This document shows, piece by piece, positions 59,295-64,000 of a DNA stretch of 64,000 bases. The notes under the pieces are model-generated. The model was not told the origin of the DNA. It searched no databases and saw only the letters and a program-made list of their open reading frames with translations. This stretch comes from Brevibacterium sp. Its GTDB lineage: Bacteria; Actinomycetota; Actinomycetes; Actinomycetales; Brevibacteriaceae. Within the stretch, counting starts at the first letter, position 1, and each line of letters opens with the position of its first letter. Location: contig NZ_JAPSIB010000001.1 in the NCBI RefSeq assembly GCF_031179145.1, positions 154,853 to 218,852 on the forward strand, written 5' to 3'. A program made the translations under genes and the position numbers.

Positions 59295-61103
59295 TATGTG
59301 CCCTCCGCACGCGCCCGGCTGCGGCCGTGGCTCTTCTACGTCCTGGCGCTGACACTGGCCTCGGTGGGCGTCTTCTCCCAGCTCGCCGCCGACCCGGGGT
59401 CTCTGGTGTACGCGGGCAACGACGACTCCTCACTGTTCATCTGGTGGATCGGCCACGCCGCCGAGGTGGTCGCCTCCGCGCTCGGGTTCGGACACGGCGG
59501 GATCAGCGGCGACGGCCTCCTCCACACCGAGGCGATGAACGCGGCCGCCGGGGGAGTCAACGGCGCCTGGAACACCTCGCTGCTGGGCATCGCCCTCCTG
59601 CTCACCCCGGTCACCTGGACCGCCGGCCCGATCGTCAGCTATAACCTGCTGATCCTCGCCATCCCGGTCCTCAACTCCGTGGCCACCGCGATCCTGTTCC
59701 GCCGGTTCCTGACTCGCCTGCCCGCATTCGTCGCCGCGGCCGGGGTCGGCTTCTCCAGCTACACGATCGCTCAGCTCTCCGGCCATCCCAACCTCGCCTT
59801 CGCCGTCACGCCTCCGCTCGTCGCCGCCTGTGTCCTCGGATTCCTCACCCTGCCGCGGGCATCCCTGAGGTCCCGCCGACGGTCCCGCAGGTTCTGGCTG
59901 CTGTGCGCCGGCCTCGGTGCGCTCCTGGGGTTCCAGTTCTACGTCTCCACCGAGGTTCTGGCCGGCACCTTCCTCGCCGTCCTGTGCTTCCTGCCCTGCC
60001 TGGCGATCGCCCGCCGGTTCCCGGCCGCCGCGTGGCTGAACTTGGTCCGCGGGGGACTGCTCGCCTCGGCTCTGGCGCTGCTCCTGGCCCTGCCGCTGCT
60101 GCTGACGATGACCGGCCCCAACGCCCCGAGCGGGGCGATCCGGCCCCACGGAGTCTGGAACACCGATCTCCTCGACCCGATTATCCCCGCCGGCCCTCCG
60201 CTGCTCGGCACGGGCTCCTCCCCGATCCCGCGCGTGCTGCCGCTCGACACCGCCGAGATCGGCGGCTACCTCGGCATCCCGGCGCTTCTGGCCTGCGCCC
60301 TCATCGTCATCGGGCTGTGGAGGACACGGTTCCGTGCGGTCCTCGCCACCGCCTCGGCGACGGGCATCCTCGTCTTCGTCCTCTCGCTCGGATCTCCCGT
60401 CCTCCTCGGAGGCCGCGTCCTGCTCCCCACCGGGCCGTTCGCCCTCATCGAGGCGATCCCCGTCCTCATGAACCTCCTGCCCATGCGGCTGGTCATCCAC
60501 TCCGTCATCGCGGCGTTCGCGATCCTCGGCGTCGGCCTGCAGTGGGCGCTCGAGAAGCGGCGGAGCCGCGCCGGGCAAGGTCTGCTGGCGCTGCTCGCGG
60601 TGGCGGCGGTGTGTGTGCTCCCGGCCCCGCAGACCGCCCGCGAGGTCTATGTGCCCGAGTTCCATCACGGCGGCGGCGCCGAGGCTGTTCCGGCCGGCTC
60701 CGTCGTCAAGACCATTCCCCGCCCCCTGGCCTGGGCACAGCCCCACGCCGACGAGGCAATGGTGTGGCAAGCCGTCACCGGTTTCCGCTACCGGGAGACG
60801 GGAGGCTACTTCATCGGTTCCTCCGCCGAGTCCCCGCTCATCTACTCCGCCCCCGAGGACGCCCTCGACCGGATGCTCGGCGACACACCGCTCAGCGGCG
60901 GCGCGGGCCTGCCCGACCCCGACAGCGCCGAGGTGCGCGCCGCAGTCGATGAGCTGCGCGGATCCGGAGTCGACTACGTGATGTTCGCTCCCGAGTCTCC
61001 CGTGGTCGCCGACCCCGGTGCCCTCGCCGAGTTCCTCGACGCCTGCCTCGGCCCACCGACTGTCAGCGACCAGGGGGTGCGGGTGTACCCGCTGGCTCGA
61101 TAG
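59292..61103 (+). CDS. Polytopic membrane protein, probable GT-C-fold glycosyltransferase
   Basis: TM1 followed by GNDDSSLFIWW acidic motif, about 11-13 TMs, C-terminal soluble domain with WQAVTGFRYRETGGY; start uncertain. Confidence 0.6.
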   Translation: MYVPSARARLRPWLFYVLALTLASVGVFSQLAADPGSLVYAGNDDSSLFIWWIGHAAEVVASALGFGHGGISGDGLLHTEAMNAAAGGVNGAWNTSLLGIALLLTPVTWTAGPIVSYNLLILAIPVLNSVATAILFRRFLTRLPAFVAAAGVGFSSYTIAQLSGHPNLAFAVTPPLVAACVLGFLTLPRASLRSRRRSRRFWLLCAGLGALLGFQFYVSTEVLAGTFLAVLCFLPCLAIARRFPAAAWLNLVRGGLLASALALLLALPLLLTMTGPNAPSGAIRPHGVWNTDLLDPIIPAGPPLLGTGSSPIPRVLPLDTAEIGGYLGIPALLACALIVIGLWRTRFRAVLATASATGILVFVLSLGSPVLLGGRVLLPTGPFALIEAIPVLMNLLPMRLVIHSVIAAFAILGVGLQWALEKRRSRAGQGLLALLAVAAVCVLPAPQTAREVYVPEFHHGGGAEAVPAGSVVKTIPRPLAWAQPHADEAMVWQAVTGFRYRETGGYFIGSSAESPLIYSAPEDALDRMLGDTPLSGGAGLPDPDSAEVRAAVDELRGSGVDYVMFAPESPVVADPGALAEFLDACLGPPTVSDQGVRVYPLAR

Positions 61104-61158
61104 TCTGAGTCCATGCGGAAGATCGGATTGGGCCCATGCTGAAGATCGGACTGACCGG
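61101..61158 (+). other. TAGTCT -10 box plus 23-bp duplication forming leader mini-ORF MRKIGLGPC* (61113-61142) that overlaps the coaE start
   Basis: ccatgcggaagatcggattg vs ccatgctgaagatcggactg; ATG 61113 is 6 nt after the -10. Confidence 0.7.
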
Positions 61159-62293
61159 GGGGATCGGCGCGGGGAAGTCGAGTGTGTCGGCGATCCTCGC
61201 CGAACGTGGGGCCGTCATCGTCGACGCCGACGCGATCGCGCGGGAGGTCGTGGCGGTGGGGGAGCCGCTGCTCGACGAGCTCGCGCGCGCCTTCGGCAGA
61301 CAGGTGCTCACGCCCGACGGCGAACTCGACCGAGCCGCCTTGGCCGCCGCGGCGTTCGCCGACGCGGAGTCGACCCAAGTCCTCAACTCCCTCATGCACC
61401 CGGCGATCAGGGAGCGCACGCTCGAGCACTTCGCCCGGAACGCCGACGCCGACATCGTCGTCCATGACGTCGCCCTGCTGGTTGAGAACGACATGGCCCC
61501 CGACTACCACCTGAGTCTGCTCGTCGACGTGCCCGCCCCGATCCGCCTCGAGCGGCTGCAGGGCGCCCGCGGGATGGACCGGGCCGACGCCGAGGCGCGC
61601 ATCGCCCGGCAGGCCACCGACGAACAGCGCTGGGCCGTCTGCGACATCGTCATCGACAACAGCGGGTCGCTCGAGGACACCCGCCGTGCCGTCGGCCGGC
61701 TCGTCGACGAGCGGCTGCTGCCCTACGCCGCGAATCTGCGCGGCCGGCGGCGGGCGCCACGCCCGGCGCCCGACCTGACGCCACCCGGCGCCGTCGACTG
61801 GGCGAATCAGGCCCGGCGCATCATCGAGAAGCTGCGGCGCGGAACCGGAGACCGGTACCCGATCGAGCACATCGGCTCCACGGCGGTCCCCGGCCTTCCG
61901 GCCAAGGACGTCATCGACCTGCAGCTGCTCGTTCCCGACCTCGGGACCGCGGCGGAGCTTGGCGTTCGCCTCGCCGAACTCGGCTATCCCGGCGAAGAGG
62001 GGTTCGACCACCTCGGCGAGGACGGTCGGGAGCCCAAGCGCTTCCATGCCAATGCCGACCCGGGACGGGCAGTCAACCTTCACGTGCGGGCACGGGATTC
62101 GGCGGGGGCACGGTTCGCCCGCGCCTTCCGTGACCTGCTGCGGGATGACAGGTGCGAACGCGACCGCTATGCCCGGCTCAAACAGGAGGTCATCGCCGAG
62201 CACGGCGCCGACCCGGATCGCTGCGCCGAGACGAAGGAGCCGTACTTCCTCAGCCTGCGCCGCCGGCTCGTGCCCGAGAGTTTCCCCGGGTGA
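61136..62293 (+). CDS. coaE: Dephospho-CoA kinase fused to a GrpB/UPF0157 domain
   Basis: MLKIGLTGGIGAGKS, DADAIAR, MHPAIR; C-domain IEHIGSTAVPGLPAKDVIDLQ, FRDLLR. Confidence 0.95.
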   Translation: MLKIGLTGGIGAGKSSVSAILAERGAVIVDADAIAREVVAVGEPLLDELARAFGRQVLTPDGELDRAALAAAAFADAESTQVLNSLMHPAIRERTLEHFARNADADIVVHDVALLVENDMAPDYHLSLLVDVPAPIRLERLQGARGMDRADAEARIARQATDEQRWAVCDIVIDNSGSLEDTRRAVGRLVDERLLPYAANLRGRRRAPRPAPDLTPPGAVDWANQARRIIEKLRRGTGDRYPIEHIGSTAVPGLPAKDVIDLQLLVPDLGTAAELGVRLAELGYPGEEGFDHLGEDGREPKRFHANADPGRAVNLHVRARDSAGARFARAFRDLLRDDRCERDRYARLKQEVIAEHGADPDRCAETKEPYFLSLRRRLVPESFPG

Positions 62294-62423
62294 CGGCCGT
62301 GTCCGACCGCGCCTGAGTGCTCAAGGCAGGACGGCTGTCGAAGATGGGGACCGGTGCCGAGCTGCTCGCCGACGGCTCCATCGGGGATGTCTGCCTCGGA
62401 GGCGGCTGAAGCCCATGGTGCTG

Positions 62424-62445
62424 CGTCAGGGGCGGGCGCTAGGGT
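62424..62445 (+). promoter_or_regulatory. RecA-NDp/PafBC-like promoter CGTCAG-N10-TAGGGT upstream of uvrB
   Basis: One mismatch to TGTCRG-N10-TANNNT; -10 lies 6 nt before ATG 62452. Confidence 0.65.
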
Positions 62446-62451
62446 TGGAGC

Positions 62452-64000
62452 ATGAACGCAGAACGTCCCCTGCCGGCCATCGGTCACCGTCCCGATGTGT
62501 CCCGCACCGTCGCCCCGTTCGAGGTCGTCTCCGAATACTCACCATCCGGAGATCAGCCGGCGGCGATCAAGGAGATCGCCCGCCGGCTCGACGACGGGGA
62601 GAAGGACATCGTCCTCCTCGGCGCCACCGGCACCGGAAAGTCCGCGACCACCGCCTGGCTCGTCGAGCAGGTGCAGCGCCCGACACTGATCATGGCGCCG
62701 AACAAGACCTTGGCGGCGCAGCTGGCGAACGAGTTCCGCCAGCTGCTGCCGAACAACGCCGTCGAGTACTTCGTCTCCTACTACGACTACTACCAGCCGG
62801 AGGCCTACGTCCCGCAGACGGACACCTTCATCGAGAAGGACTCCTCGATCAACGACGAGGTCGAACGCCTCCGGCACTCCGCGACGAACTCGCTGCTCAC
62901 CCGTCGTGATGTCGTCGTGGTGTCCACCGTCTCCTGCATCTACGGTCTCGGCACTCCGGAGGAGTACGTCGACCGGATGGTGACGCTCAAGCGCGGACAG
63001 GAATGCGACCGGGACGAGCTGCTCAAGCGATTCGTGTCGATGCAATACGCTCGCAATGACATGGCCTTCACCCGGGGCACCTTCCGGGTGCGGGGCGACA
63101 CGGTCGAGATCATCCCGCAGTACGAGGAACTGGCCCTGCGGATCGAGTTCTTCGGCGACGAGATCGAATCCCTGCAGACCCTCCACCCGCTGACCGGCGA
63201 GATCATCCGCGACGAAGAGACGCTCCACGTCTTCCCGGCCACCCACTACGTGGCGGGAGAGAACCGGATGGCGCGGGCGATCAGCGAGATCGAGGAGGAG
63301 CTGCAGAGCCGACTGAGCGAATTCGAGGCGCAGAACAAGCTCCTCGAGGCCCAGCGCCTGAAGATGCGCACGAGCTACGACCTCGAGATGATGGAATCGA
63401 TGGGATTCACCTCGGGGATCGAGAACTACTCCCGGCACATCGACGGCCGACCGCCGGGCTCGGCGCCGAACTGCCTCCTCGACTACTTCCCGGAGGACTT
63501 CCTGCTCGTCATCGACGAATCCCACGTCACCGTGCCGCAGATCGGCGGCATGTACGAAGGCGACATGTCCCGGAAGCGGACGCTCGTCGAACACGGCTTC
63601 CGGCTGCCGAGTGCGATGGACAACAGACCGTTGAAGTTCGACGAGTTCCGCGAGCGGGTCGGTCAGACCGTGTATCTGTCCGCCACTCCGGGCAAGTTCG
63701 AGCTCGAACGCGGCAACGGCTTCGTCGAGCAGATCATCCGTCCCACCGCGCTCGTCGACCCCGAGGTCATCGTCAAACCGACGAAGGGGCAGATCGACGA
63801 TCTCCTCGACGAGATCAGGACCCGCGTGGAGCGCAACGAACGCGTGCTCGTGACCACGCTGACGAAGAAGATGGCCGAGGACCTCACCGACTATCTGCTC
63901 GAACACGATGTGCGCGTCCAGTACCTGCACTCCGACGTCGACACCCTGCGCCGCGTCGAGCTGCTGACGGAGCTGCGCGGCGGCGAGTTCGACGTTCTCG
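62452..64000 (+). CDS. uvrB: Excinuclease ABC subunit B (3' end outside window)
   Basis: My translation from ATG 62452: [63 protein letters not shown]. Confidence 0.98.
   Translation, partial: MNAERPLPAIGHRPDVSRTVAPFEVVSEYSPSGDQPAAIKEIARRLDDGEKDIVLLGATGTGKSATTAWLVEQVQRPTLIMAPNKTLAAQLANEFRQLLPNNAVEYFVSYYDYYQPEAYVPQTDTFIEKDSSINDEVERLRHSATNSLLTRRDVVVVSTVSCIYGLGTPEEYVDRMVTLKRGQECDRDELLKRFVSMQYARNDMAFTRGTFRVRGDTVEIIPQYEELALRIEFFGDEIESLQTLHPLTGEIIRDEETLHVFPATHYVAGENRMARAISEIEEELQSRLSEFEAQNKLLEAQRLKMRTSYDLEMMESMGFTSGIENYSRHIDGRPPGSAPNCLLDYFPEDFLLVIDESHVTVPQIGGMYEGDMSRKRTLVEHGFRLPSAMDNRPLKFDEFRERVGQTVYLSATPGKFELERGNGFVEQIIRPTALVDPEVIVKPTKGQIDDLLDEIRTRVERNERVLVTTLTKKMAEDLTDYLLEHDVRVQYLHSDVDTLRRVELLTELRGGEFDVL

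Noticed and set aside
61136-62293. CoaE-GrpB fusion as a novelty
   Set aside because: Known architecture in actinobacteria, including M. tuberculosis CoaE
62294-62420. Small ORF or remnant between coaE and uvrB (62167-62487, minus strand)
   Set aside because: No motif, overlaps coaE and the uvrB start, no RBS; no LexA box (GAAC-N4-GTTC) seen either

Overview
Core-chromosome segment of a high-GC actinobacterium (Micrococcales, Brevibacterium-like by gene order and protein style; the genus is an inference). About 58 CDS, nearly all on the + strand. Order: alaS(partial)-ruvX-mltG-aroE-A24 peptidase-aroCKB-efp-nusB; pyrR-pyrBC-membrane protein-carAB-pyrF; mihF-gmk-rpoZ-coaBC-metK-priA-fmt-rsmB-rpe; a PnuC/RibM transporter; hisEG; class III CoA-transferase plus AccD3-like carboxyltransferase; hisFI-trpE-trpCBA-lgt-gltBD-pyk; a DAACS symporter; a minus-strand ABC exporter/two-component module; convergent tRNA-Gly(CCC) and tRNA-Leu(CAA); ANTAR regulator, thioesterase, polA, methyltransferase, rpsA, a GT-C-like membrane protein, coaE(-GrpB) and uvrB(partial). 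I found no rRNA, CRISPR array, integrase, transposase or defence system, and I cannot claim a clearly new multi-gene system. The best leads are mostly non-coding. (i) At least seven genes carry short tandem duplications whose first copy contains the gene's own stop codon. (ii) Two 23-bp duplications create mini-ORFs that mimic the N-terminus of priA and coaE and overlap their start codons. (iii) A PafBC/RecA-NDp-like promoter variant (CGTCRG-N10-TANNNT) occurs only at polA and uvrB. (iv) Many genes look leaderless, and TAG stops often double as -10 boxes. (v) The CoA-transferase/AccD3-like pair may be a biotin-independent decarboxylation module. (vi) An orphan riboflavin-type transporter sits where a rib operon normally lies.
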